64,000 nucleotides of DNA from an uncultured Dehalococcoidia bacterium (GTDB lineage: Bacteria; Chloroflexota; Dehalococcoidia; DSTF01; JACRBR01). Every line of letters starts with the position of its first letter. The stretch's first letter is position 1. The DNA lies in NCBI GenBank assembly GCA_964371355.1, contig CAYJMG010000020.1:130-64129 (forward strand). The letters run 5' to 3'. Shown in pieces: positions 54,574 through 63,039 of the stretch. A program made the position numbers and the translations under genes. The notes beneath the pieces are model-generated. The model ran no database searches, was not told the DNA's origin, and was given only the letters and a program-made list of their open reading frames with translations.

Positions 54574-57199
54574 GCTCATCCTGAACGGCGTCGAGGTCGA
54601 GGTCGAGGCGGGCACACCGCTGGTCGAGGCGATCAAGCGCGCGGGCGCGTGGATCTCGAACCTCTGCTACATCGACGGCCTCGCGCCGTACGCCGGCTGC
54701 CGGAGCTGCCTCGTCGAGATCGAAGGCGCCCGCGGCCTGCAGCTCGCCTGCACCGCGCGCGTGGCCGACGGCATGGTGGTGAACACCGAGACGCCGCAGG
54801 TGAAGCACGAGCGCCAGCAAGTGCTCGCCATCATCAACGCCAATCACAGCGACCGCTGCCTGACCTGCCACCGCCGCGTGAAGTGCATGCCCGGCGACAT
54901 CTGCCTGCGCGACGATGTCGTGACGCACCGCTGCGTCACCTGCAGCAAGAACTACCGCTGCGAGCTGCAGACGACGAACGAGCTGCTGGACATGGGCTTC
55001 GACAACGTCGAGCCCTGGGCCCTGGAGCCCCGCACCTACTACCAGACCGAGCAGCCCGACCCCGATCGCGCGAACCCCTGGTTCGAGTTCGACCCGCAGA
55101 TGTGCATCCTGTGCACCCGCTGCGTGCGCGCCTGCGACGAGATCCGCCACACGACCGCGATCACGCTCTCCAACAAGGGCTACACCGCGCGCATCGCCTT
55201 CGGGGCGGGTGGGGCGATCCACGAATCGAACTGCGACTTCTGCGGCGCCTGCATCGACGTCTGCCCGACGGCGACGTTGATGGAGAAGCCGAACAAATGG
55301 ATCGCGCGCAGCGAGGACTGGACGAGCACCACCTGCAACTCCTGCTCCGTGGGCTGCACCATCAGCGTCGGCACGCGCTCCGGCCGCGCCGTCATCGTGA
55401 AGCCCGACTACGTGAACCCTGTGAGCGCCGACCAGATCTGCGTCCGCGGACGCTTCCACTACGACGCCATTCCCGACAAGCAACGGCTCTCGAAGCACTA
55501 CGTCCGCCGCGGGCCCGCGGGAACCACCCAGCTTCCCGCGCACTGGGGCGAGCTGATCTCGCACGCGGCCGAGCGGCTGCAGGCCATCATCGGGCAGCAC
55601 GGGCCGTCGTCGGTCGCCGTGCTCGGCTCGCCGTTCAACACCAACGAAGAGAACTACCTGGCGCAGAAGCTGGCGCGCGAGGTCATCGGCACGCCGCACG
55701 TGGACTTCAGCAGCGCCGCGCCCAACCGCGCCGCCGCCCGCGCGGTCGAAGCCGCGTTCGGCACTGAGGGGCTGCCCTCGGACGCGATGGACATCGCACG
55801 CAGCGATGTCATCGTCGTCATCGCCGACGACCTGGAGGAGAGCCACAACGTCTTCGCGCTGCGCGTGAAGGACGCCGTCGTCGGCCACCCGGCGGCGCCA
55901 AAGTCGGGCAAGTTGCTGCTGATCTCATTGCAGCGCGGTGAGCTGGCCGACTTCGCCGAGCCGTGGGGCGGCGTGTGGCTGCGCCCGCGGCCCGGCGACG
56001 AGGCCGCGACCGTCGCCGCGCTCACGAAGACCGAGGTTGGCGCCGAAGTCACCATGCCGTCGCTGCTCGAGGGCGACCATGAGGCCGCCCGCAAGCTGCT
56101 GGACATCGCCGCCGACCCGGCGAAGAAGGTCTCGATCATCTACGCCCCGCACCCAGTCGATGCCGGCGCGGCCGCCGCCGGAGCGCAGGCCGCCGCAAAC
56201 CTCGCGCTGTCATTGCGCGGCGAGAAAGCCGCCGAGTCGCTGTTTGTGCTGCCGACCGAGGCCAACGCCAACGGTGCGCGCGACATGGGCGTCGACCCGG
56301 AGCGCGGTCCCGGCGGCGCCGCCGCTCCGCAGACGGGCATGGATTTCGCGGCGATGGTCGACGCTGCCGCCTCAGGCGCGCTCAAGGCGATGGTCGTCGT
56401 CGGCGACAACCCGATCATGTTCGCGCCGGGCGCGGCGAGGACGCGCGCGTCGCTCGAGAAGCTGGAGCTGCTGATCGTGATCGACAGCGTGCTCACGGAC
56501 ACCGCGAAGCTGGCGCACTGCCTGTTTGCTGATGTCCCCGCGAACGCCAAGACCGGCACGTTCTCCAACGCCGAGCGCCGCGTGAACCGGCTGCACGCCG
56601 CCGTCGACGCCATCGGCGACGCGCGGCCGGCGCTGCTCGCGCTGGCCGATCTCGCGAACGCGCTCAAGGCCGACGCCTTCGCCTACGACCATCCCGACGG
56701 TGTGACGGATGAGATCGCCGCGACGGTCCCGGGCTACGAGCCCTTCAGCTCGAAGTTCGACCGCTGGGGCAAGATCCGCGCGGTCGCTCCCGCCCCATCC
56801 GTAGGGGCGCAGCCTGCTGCGCCCAACCCTGCCCCGGTCACGCCCACCGCCGCATGCCCGGCCACCCCCGCAGGCCACCTCCTACTCACCGCCGGCCGCA
56901 CGCTCTACACCAGCCTTGAGGGCGCCGCCCTCCACTCGCCCGACGCCGACAAGCTCCACCGCGAAGAGTTCGTCGAGCTGCACCCTGCCGACATGGCGGC
57001 GCTGCGCGTCGACGATGGCGCCGAGGTCACGCTGGTGACCGAGCACGGCGAGCTGACGCTGCGCTGCAAGGCCACCGACCGCCCCGCCGAAGGCGCCGCC
57101 TTCGTCCCCTACTACTACGGCGGCGGCGCCGTCTGCGCCCTCCTGCCCCCATCCGGCGCCCCCACCCCGGTGCAGGTCAAAGTCCGCGCGCTGGCGTAG
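54566..57199 (+). CDS. nuoG: NuoG-like / molybdopterin-oxidoreductase-family Fe-S protein
   Basis: GTG start. N-terminal 2Fe-2S fold (CYIDGLAPYAGCRSCLVEI). His/Cys 4Fe-4S motif (HSDRCLTCHRRVKC). CILCTRCVRAC and CDFCGACIDVCPT. MopB-type CNSCSVGCTI, then a long molybdopterin-like domain. Complex I versus another oxidoreductase cannot be decided. Confidence 0.7.
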   Translation: MAKLILNGVEVEVEAGTPLVEAIKRAGAWISNLCYIDGLAPYAGCRSCLVEIEGARGLQLACTARVADGMVVNTETPQVKHERQQVLAIINANHSDRCLTCHRRVKCMPGDICLRDDVVTHRCVTCSKNYRCELQTTNELLDMGFDNVEPWALEPRTYYQTEQPDPDRANPWFEFDPQMCILCTRCVRACDEIRHTTAITLSNKGYTARIAFGAGGAIHESNCDFCGACIDVCPTATLMEKPNKWIARSEDWTSTTCNSCSVGCTISVGTRSGRAVIVKPDYVNPVSADQICVRGRFHYDAIPDKQRLSKHYVRRGPAGTTQLPAHWGELISHAAERLQAIIGQHGPSSVAVLGSPFNTNEENYLAQKLAREVIGTPHVDFSSAAPNRAAARAVEAAFGTEGLPSDAMDIARSDVIVVIADDLEESHNVFALRVKDAVVGHPAAPKSGKLLLISLQRGELADFAEPWGGVWLRPRPGDEAATVAALTKTEVGAEVTMPSLLEGDHEAARKLLDIAADPAKKVSIIYAPHPVDAGAAAAGAQAAANLALSLRGEKAAESLFVLPTEANANGARDMGVDPERGPGGAAAPQTGMDFAAMVDAAASGALKAMVVVGDNPIMFAPGAARTRASLEKLELLIVIDSVLTDTAKLAHCLFADVPANAKTGTFSNAERRVNRLHAAVDAIGDARPALLALADLANALKADAFAYDHPDGVTDEIAATVPGYEPFSSKFDRWGKIRAVAPAPSVGAQPAAPNPAPVTPTAACPATPAGHLLLTAGRTLYTSLEGAALHSPDADKLHREEFVELHPADMAALRVDDGAEVTLVTEHGELTLRCKATDRPAEGAAFVPYYYGGGAVCALLPPSGAPTPVQVKVRALA

Positions 57200-57222
57200 G
57201 CACTCCCCTCCGCCCTCGTCGG

Positions 57223-59111
57223 TTACCAGCTCCCGCCGCCGCCGCTGCTACCACCGCCACCGCCACCGGCTCCACCTCCTCCGCCGGAGAACCCACCACC
57301 ACCCGAGAACCCGCCTGCGCCAGCTCCACCGCCGTAATGGCCTCCGCCCGTGGACCCCGGATAGCAGCCAAAGGGGGCCGCGCCGTGCCTCAGAGAGGTA
57401 GCTCTCGCCACGCCCAGTGTCGAGACGTGGAAGGAGAACATCTCGAGGTTGGCAGCGAAACCTGGCGCATCGAACCGCGGAGCGCCGCGATACCAACGCT
57501 TCGTCGCCTCAGCCGTCCTGGAGGACGCGAACACGCGGGACCAGCCTGAGACCGCACCAAAGACGATCGCATATGGCAGGTAGCCGTCGAAGCGATCCGC
57601 GGGAGGCAAGCTGGCGCCAGACGCCGTTGATCTCGCTCTAAGATGCTTGCCGAACGCAACGGACCTTCGCAGAAGGTACACACCCCGGCTCGTACGCCCC
57701 GTCATCCAGCGCCCTGTGACCGCGATGAGCAGCCCGGCGGCGACGAACGGGAGCCCCACGAGCCCCCACCCGGACGTACCGCCGAGGACAAACGTCCCGA
57801 CGATGGCGGCGAACGCCACCACGAGGCCGGCGATGAGCGCGCGCGTCCTGACGCGGCTGGGATTCCCGTTGAACCAACCCTGGTCAACGGCATCCTGGTA
57901 AAGCGTCTCCTGTGCCGCGCGCAGGCCCAGAATGTAAAGATCGGAGACCAGGTCGAAGGAGAAGCCACTATTGTCGGCGAACATGCCGTCGTAGATGCGG
58001 CGTTCGTAGGCCAGGAGATCGTCCGGCTTCTTTTCGGTACGCTCGGCAGTGTAGCTCCGCTCCCCTGAGGGTGTCCGCGACTCGTCGATCACCAGGTAGC
58101 CGCGGACCGCGAGGTCCACAATCGTAGCCGTGAGATCCTTCGGGTCGACCCGTTCATCCAGCAGCAGTCCCACTTGCGCCGGGCGCAGTTCGTCAGGCGG
58201 GGCTTGTTCCGCGAATGCCGCGCCGGCGTCGATCGGTGACGGCCGCGACGACGTGCCGCGGTAGTAGGCAGTCGTGTACGCGGCGTCCCGCCCACGTCGC
58301 CAGCCCAGCAAGGTGATCGCTCCCAGCAGCACGGACCGATCGTGATCGTAGTCGTGACGATGGGTGTGGTAGTCCTGAAGTAGCGGTCAATGAAGCGCTC
58401 TGACTCTGCCTCGGGTTCAGAGCTGATGGGCGCGCTCGGCGCCACCGGGATCTGCACCGCGTCACGTCGCACGGCAGCCGACACGATCAAGGCCTCGCCC
58501 GCCTGTAGCGGGCGGTCGGCGGTGAGTTCAATCCTGCCCGGCGAAGTCTGGATCGTGCACGGCGCGGCCTCCCCGTCAGGCAGACAGCTCGCGCCGGCAA
58601 ACACGTCCCCGTTATAGGTCAGCGTCGCCGTCAGCTGTGCGATCGGAACTGGCCACTCGCCGTTGAGATTCCACGCGACGCGCACCATGCCGTCGTCACC
58701 ATCGGGAAGAAACGTCGGCGATGCGCTATACGCAATCACATATTGATGTGAGCCGGCAATCGTCACATTCGGGTCACCGATGCGAATGCGCACGTAGCCG
58801 GGTTCACGCGTGACTTCAAACGGGGTCGTCGTTCCGTCGGCCGTCGCGCCGAGCACTGTTATTGGCGGTACCGCAGCTGCGGGCGGGCTTGCCGCGGCCA
58901 GGTCCGGTATGTCGCGAAAGATGCCGTGCCGCTGTTCTCCGAAGTTGGCGACGATCGTCTCGACAACGACGACGCTACCGTCTGCCTGGAGCGCGATGTC
59001 CGTGTCGAAGCTCGCGATCTCCCACGGCTCCTGCGCATGCGCGTTCGGCACCGGAACCGCGACGAGCAGCGTGAAGGCGCACAGAACGGCGAGAACTCGT
59101 ATGCGGTTCAC
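57223..59111 (-). pseudogene. DUF2207-family membrane protein, paralogue 1, disrupted by a 1-nt frameshift
   Basis: The N-terminal part is in the frame of track ORF 58089-59252: signal peptide RIRVLAVLCAFTLLVAVPVPNAHA, then FGEQRHGIFRDIP. The C-terminal part is in the frame of ORF 57223-58332: ...GWRRGRDAAY..., TIVDLAVRGYL, Gly tail ...GGGGSW. The frames meet inside the first TM segment near 58333-58338. The Met codon of the paralogous start is AAC here, leaving only a GTG. Confidence 0.7.
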
Positions 59112-59151
59112 GCCTCCATGATGCAGCAGACGCTTGACCCCTCGCAACCCC

Positions 59152-61008
59152 TCACCAACTCCCGCCGCCGCCGCCACCCCCGCCGCCGCCCGCCGAGCCC
59201 CCGCCTCCGCTACCGCCCCCGCCGCCGGCCCCGCCACCACCCCGCCAGCCAAACCGGAATCCGCTGTGTCCGTAACCAGCCTCCGCCGACACCGCTACAA
59301 GCGTGTTGTCCGCCCCATGCGAAACCGCGATCGAGAACGACCGAAGCCCGCTCGATACCGCGTGCGAAGAGAGGGCCCCAAGACTCAAGTTTCCCTGATA
59401 CCAACCAGAAACCGGGACCGTCTCGATGCCGCCAAACACCGCAGCCCAGCGATCCACACAGCCGAACACGATCGCATAGGGCAAGTATTTTTCGAAGATC
59501 TGTGCCTCCTCATAGAAGCGCTGGCGCTCCTTCTCAGCGGTCGTCATGTACAAGCGGAACCCCAGCAATCTACGAAGCAACTCGCTCCCCTGCGCGGTAC
59601 GTCGTGGCATCCAGCCCGCGGTCAGCGCCAACAGCACACCAGCCACAGCGACGGGAAGCCCCGCAACACCGAACTCGGCCGCGTAACCAAGGACCAGCGA
59701 TAACGCACTACCGAGAAGCGCGATACCAATACCGGCCCACCGCCACTTGGTGCGAGTTGTGTCCGGATTGGACGCGAACCAGCCTCTCCTCATGGCTTCC
59801 GCGAGAATCTGCTCGTACGTCCGGTTGAGCGCCGACTCATAATCCGTCCGCAAGTCAGACAACACGACTTCGTCCCGGTCGCCCATGATGCCCTTGAAGA
59901 TCGTACGCTCGTACGATGTCAGGTCCTTCGTCGACCTGAGTTTCGTCAGCTGCCAATCGCTTCTCGCCAGAAGTCCGTCCTTGGGAATCTCCGTGATGCG
60001 CAGATAGCCCCGCACGGCGAGATCCACGAATGTTGCCGTTATCTCCTTGTTCCCAACTCGCTCGTTCAGGATGAGACCGGCCTCTGCCGGGCTCAGGTTC
60101 TGAGGTGGGCCGTACTCCACCACCACGTGGTCCTTGTACAGCACTGGCCGTCTCATCTCGCTCGAGTCTCGGGTGAGGGCGTACATCGTTCTATAGACAC
60201 TGTCTCGTCCACTGCGCCACCACGCTGTGAGCAGATATGCCAGGCTTAGCGCGCCGATGACCAACGCGATCGCGAGTGTCGTGCTGTCGATCCTGAACGG
60301 CTCGGTCGTCGGATGTCTGTCGATCAGTCTCGGTCGAGGGACATTCACCGCGCCCTTCTGCAAGCCGGTGACGATCGTGAGCTGTTCCCCCGGTTGATAG
60401 ATGCGCGTCGAGACGTATCCGTATGTGCTGGCGTCCCCCATGGTGTTGCAGGGTTCCGTTGAGCCCGACCTTCCCTGGTAGCAGGCCGCGCCACTGATCC
60501 CCCCGCCCTCCACCGTCACGATCGTCGTGACTTCGCGCGTCACCACAGGCCAGTTCGCGCCGTTCACATTCCAGTACAGCTCGTCGTGATCCGGGAACGC
60601 ATTCAGCGCGCCCTTGATGCGGTATCCGATGCGGTAGGTCTGGAGTCCCGTCACTGTCTTGAACGGGTCACCGATCTGGATCCTGACGCCGGTATCGGTA
60701 GTCGTCCGCTCGTACTTCAACTCCTTGAAGTTCTCGTCTGACACAGACAGAAGCTGGAAGCGGTACTCGCGGAAGTGTTCGTCGTCATATTCATATCGGA
60801 GAGGGATATCACGGAATATCCCGTGGCGTTCGAGGGCCTTCCAGTCGACGTCCAGCGTCTCCATCACCGTGATGTCGCCGCCCTGGTCGATCTTGATGTC
60901 CGCATGGAAGCGGTTGATCACCCAGCCTTCCGGCGCTTGCGTAGAGGCAGTCTCGAAGCTCGCTGCCAAACCGCAGATGATTAAGAGAGCGAGGAAGCCC
61001 AGGCGCAT
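59152..61008 (-). CDS. DUF2207-family membrane protein, paralogue 2
   Basis: Signal peptide MRLGFLALLIICGLAASFETASTQA. N-terminal domain with HGIFRDIPLRYEYDD...ELYWNVNGANWPV. TM, then cytoplasmic TFVDLAVRGYLRITE, then 2-3 further TM. The C-terminal tail is GGGGAGGGGGSGGGGSAGGGGGGGGGGSW. Confidence 0.8.
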   Translation of the reverse strand: MRLGFLALLIICGLAASFETASTQAPEGWVINRFHADIKIDQGGDITVMETLDVDWKALERHGIFRDIPLRYEYDDEHFREYRFQLLSVSDENFKELKYERTTTDTGVRIQIGDPFKTVTGLQTYRIGYRIKGALNAFPDHDELYWNVNGANWPVVTREVTTIVTVEGGGISGAACYQGRSGSTEPCNTMGDASTYGYVSTRIYQPGEQLTIVTGLQKGAVNVPRPRLIDRHPTTEPFRIDSTTLAIALVIGALSLAYLLTAWWRSGRDSVYRTMYALTRDSSEMRRPVLYKDHVVVEYGPPQNLSPAEAGLILNERVGNKEITATFVDLAVRGYLRITEIPKDGLLARSDWQLTKLRSTKDLTSYERTIFKGIMGDRDEVVLSDLRTDYESALNRTYEQILAEAMRRGWFASNPDTTRTKWRWAGIGIALLGSALSLVLGYAAEFGVAGLPVAVAGVLLALTAGWMPRRTAQGSELLRRLLGFRLYMTTAEKERQRFYEEAQIFEKYLPYAIVFGCVDRWAAVFGGIETVPVSGWYQGNLSLGALSSHAVSSGLRSFSIAVSHGADNTLVAVSAEAGYGHSGFRFGWRGGGGAGGGGGSGGGGSAGGGGGGGGGGSW

Positions 61009-61051
61009 CACATGCACATGATGCGACCCGGCCGCCCGCCCTCGCAACCCC

Positions 61052-62854
61052 TCACCAACTCCCTCCGCCGCCGCCACCCCCGCCGCCGCCGGAGGAGCCG
61101 CCGCTGAACCCGCTCCCCCCGCTGCTGCCCGGCGTGCTTGTGATCACGCTCGACACCGAGGACGAGAACGACTCCAGGTTGCGTGAGAAGTCCGCGGCCG
61201 AGAAGATCGCCGCCCCCGTGTACCACGACTGGACGGACGGCGCGGTGTCGATGTCGCGGAAGGCGCGCGCCCACTTCTCGACGCTGCCGAACACGATCGC
61301 GTACGGAAGGTATTCGGCGAAGATGTTGGCCTTCTCGTTGAACTCCTGCCGCCGCTTCTCCGCCGTCTCGATGTACAGCCGGAACCCGAGCGTCCGCCGC
61401 AGCGCCTCGCTGCCCGCCGCCGTCCGCTTCGACATCAGCGGCGAGCCCAGGAACACCAGCACGCCCACGAGCACCACCGGGACTGCCGCGACCGCCCACC
61501 CCACAAGCCCGAGCACATACACCAGCCCGCCACCCGCCAGCGCGATCACGACGCCCGCGCCCTGCGCCCAGTCGCGCGCGGTATCCGGGTTGCGCGTGAA
61601 CCACTTGCGGCGCATCGCGTCGGCGTACAGGTCCTTCTGGGCCTCGGCGAGGTCTTTGTAGAACTCGTTCTTCAGGTCGCTGACGTCGACCTCGGTCTCG
61701 GAGCCGCTGAACAGACCGGAGAACACCTCCTGCTCGTACGGCAGCAGCTCGTGGTCGGGGTCCTTCTTCTTCGTCAGGCGCCAGTCGGTCTTGCTGAATA
61801 TCCAGGCCTTGTCCTTCTCCTCGATCGAGAGATACCCGCGCACGGCCAGGTCGACGATCGTCGCCGTCACGTCCTTCGTGTCCGCGCGCTCGTCGAGGAT
61901 CATGCCCATCTGCGCCGGCCGCAGGTCGTCGGGCGGCGTGTACTCGACGACCACCTGGTCTTTCGAGAGCAGCGGCCGCGTGCCCTCCGCGGGGTCCTGC
62001 GTCAGGTAGTACAGCGACCGGTACGTGCGGTCGCGGCCGTGGCGCCACCACACGGCGATGACGGCGGCGATCCCGGCGACGAGCAGCAGGATCGCAACGC
62101 TGACCGAGCTGGTGGCGGGCGGAAAGTTCTTCTGCCACCAGTTCTCGGGCTTCGCAATGAGGATCGGTACGGGCTCGGCTACCGCGCCCTTCTCGAATCC
62201 GGCGACGATCGTCATCTGTTCGCCGGGCGAGAAGCCGCCGTCGGACGCGAACAGGATCGCCGTCCCGTCGCGGCTGATCGCGCTCGTGCACGGCTCGTCG
62301 GAGCCGGTGAATCCCTGGAAGCAGGCGGCGTCGTCCAGGCCCCCGCCCTCGAGTGCGACAGTCGCGGTAACGGCGTCCGTCGGCACGGGCCAGTCGGCGC
62401 CGTTCACGTTCCAGTACAGCTCGTCGTGGTCGTCGAAGGCGTTGAGGACGCCGTTCACGCGATACGTGATCACGTACGACTGGCGGCCGCTGATCGTGCG
62501 GTCGGGGTCGCCGATCTTGAGCTGCACGTTCGCGCCGTGGCGGCTGCGACTGTACGGCCACGGCTCGCCCGCGGCGTCGGTGACCGACACCACCTCCAGC
62601 TCGTAGATCCGGTGGTGCTCGTCGTCGTACGAGTACTCCACGGGGATCTCGCGGAAGATCCCGTGCTTCTCCAGCCCGACGAAGTCGACGTCGATGGTCT
62701 CGGTGATGAGCAGCTCGCCATCACGCTCGATCGCTATCAGCGCGGCGAACGACTCGATGGTCCACCCGGTGTCGGATCCCGCCCGCGCCGGCGCAGTCCC
62801 AAGCGCGAGCAGTAGTCCCACGACGGCGATAGTGGCGGCGAGGAGCGAGCGCAT
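61052..62854 (-). CDS. DUF2207-family membrane protein, paralogue 3
   Basis: ATG at 62854. Signal peptide MRSLLAATIAVVGLLLALGTAPARA. HGIFREIPVEYSYDD...ELYWNVNGADWPV. TIVDLAVRGYLSIEE. The C-terminal tail is GSSGGSGFSGGSSGGGGGGGGGGSW. Confidence 0.8.
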   Translation of the reverse strand: MRSLLAATIAVVGLLLALGTAPARAGSDTGWTIESFAALIAIERDGELLITETIDVDFVGLEKHGIFREIPVEYSYDDEHHRIYELEVVSVTDAAGEPWPYSRSRHGANVQLKIGDPDRTISGRQSYVITYRVNGVLNAFDDHDELYWNVNGADWPVPTDAVTATVALEGGGLDDAACFQGFTGSDEPCTSAISRDGTAILFASDGGFSPGEQMTIVAGFEKGAVAEPVPILIAKPENWWQKNFPPATSSVSVAILLLVAGIAAVIAVWWRHGRDRTYRSLYYLTQDPAEGTRPLLSKDQVVVEYTPPDDLRPAQMGMILDERADTKDVTATIVDLAVRGYLSIEEKDKAWIFSKTDWRLTKKKDPDHELLPYEQEVFSGLFSGSETEVDVSDLKNEFYKDLAEAQKDLYADAMRRKWFTRNPDTARDWAQGAGVVIALAGGGLVYVLGLVGWAVAAVPVVLVGVLVFLGSPLMSKRTAAGSEALRRTLGFRLYIETAEKRRQEFNEKANIFAEYLPYAIVFGSVEKWARAFRDIDTAPSVQSWYTGAAIFSAADFSRNLESFSSSVSSVITSTPGSSGGSGFSGGSSGGGGGGGGGGSW

Positions 62855-62878
62855 ATGCCCGGAGTATGCGGCAGGCGT

Positions 62879-62963
62879 GGGGAGTAGGGAATAGGGAGTG
62901 GGGAGTGGGGAACAGGGAACAGGGAATAGGGAATAGGGATGGGGGCGAGGGACGAGGGACGGG
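62879..62963 (+). repeat. array of 13 G-tracts (degenerate 7-nt units GGGAAYA / GGGGAGT / GGGACGA), a G-quadruplex-type motif
   Basis: Read directly: GGGGagtaGGGaataGGGagtGGGGagtGGGGaacaGGGaacaGGGaataGGGaataGGGatGGGGGcgaGGGacgaGGGacGGG. Confidence 0.85.
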
Positions 62964-62970
62964 TCGCCGC

Positions 62971-63006
62971 GCAAGCAAAAGGAAGGGCGGCCCCGCGAGG
63001 CCGCCC
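62971..63006 (-). terminator. intrinsic terminator of the DUF3105 gene (GGGCGGCC-tcgcgg-GGCCGCCC followed by TTCCTTTTGCTTGC on the minus strand)
   Basis: 8-bp GC stem at 62985-62992 / 62999-63006 with a 6-nt loop. A T-rich tract follows immediately on the minus strand, about 35 nt after the stop codon. Confidence 0.7.
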
Positions 63007-63007
63007 A

Positions 63008-63038
63008 CTATTCCCTGTTCCCAACTCCCTATTCCCTC
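63008..63038 (-). repeat. four G-tracts on the minus strand (GAGGGAATAGGGAGTTGGGAACAGGGAATAG), the inverted partner of the 62879-62963 array
   Basis: The plus strand reads CTATTCCCTGTTCCCAACTCCCTATTCCCTC. This is the reverse complement of the unit series in 62887-62930, less two 7-nt units. Confidence 0.8.
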
Positions 63039-63039
63039 G

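Noticed and set aside
54566-57199. Selenocysteine-containing formate dehydrogenase
   Set aside because: The ORF is uninterrupted with no in-frame TGA. The N-terminal Fe-S arrangement is NuoG-like. No SECIS-like hairpin was looked for beyond that.
58320-58345. Programmed ribosomal frameshift in DUF2207 paralogue 1
   Set aside because: There is no slippery heptamer, homopolymer or downstream structure at the junction. The paralogous start codon is also degraded. Simple decay or a sequencing error is more likely.
61009-61051. G-quadruplex motif in the DUF2207 paralogue 3 / 2 junction (GGGGttgcgaGGGcGGGcggccGGG on the minus strand)
   Set aside because: It has only four tracts with one long loop in generally G-rich DNA. 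The equivalent 2/1 junction has just two tracts. It is much weaker than the 13-tract array, so it is not reported as a separate finding.
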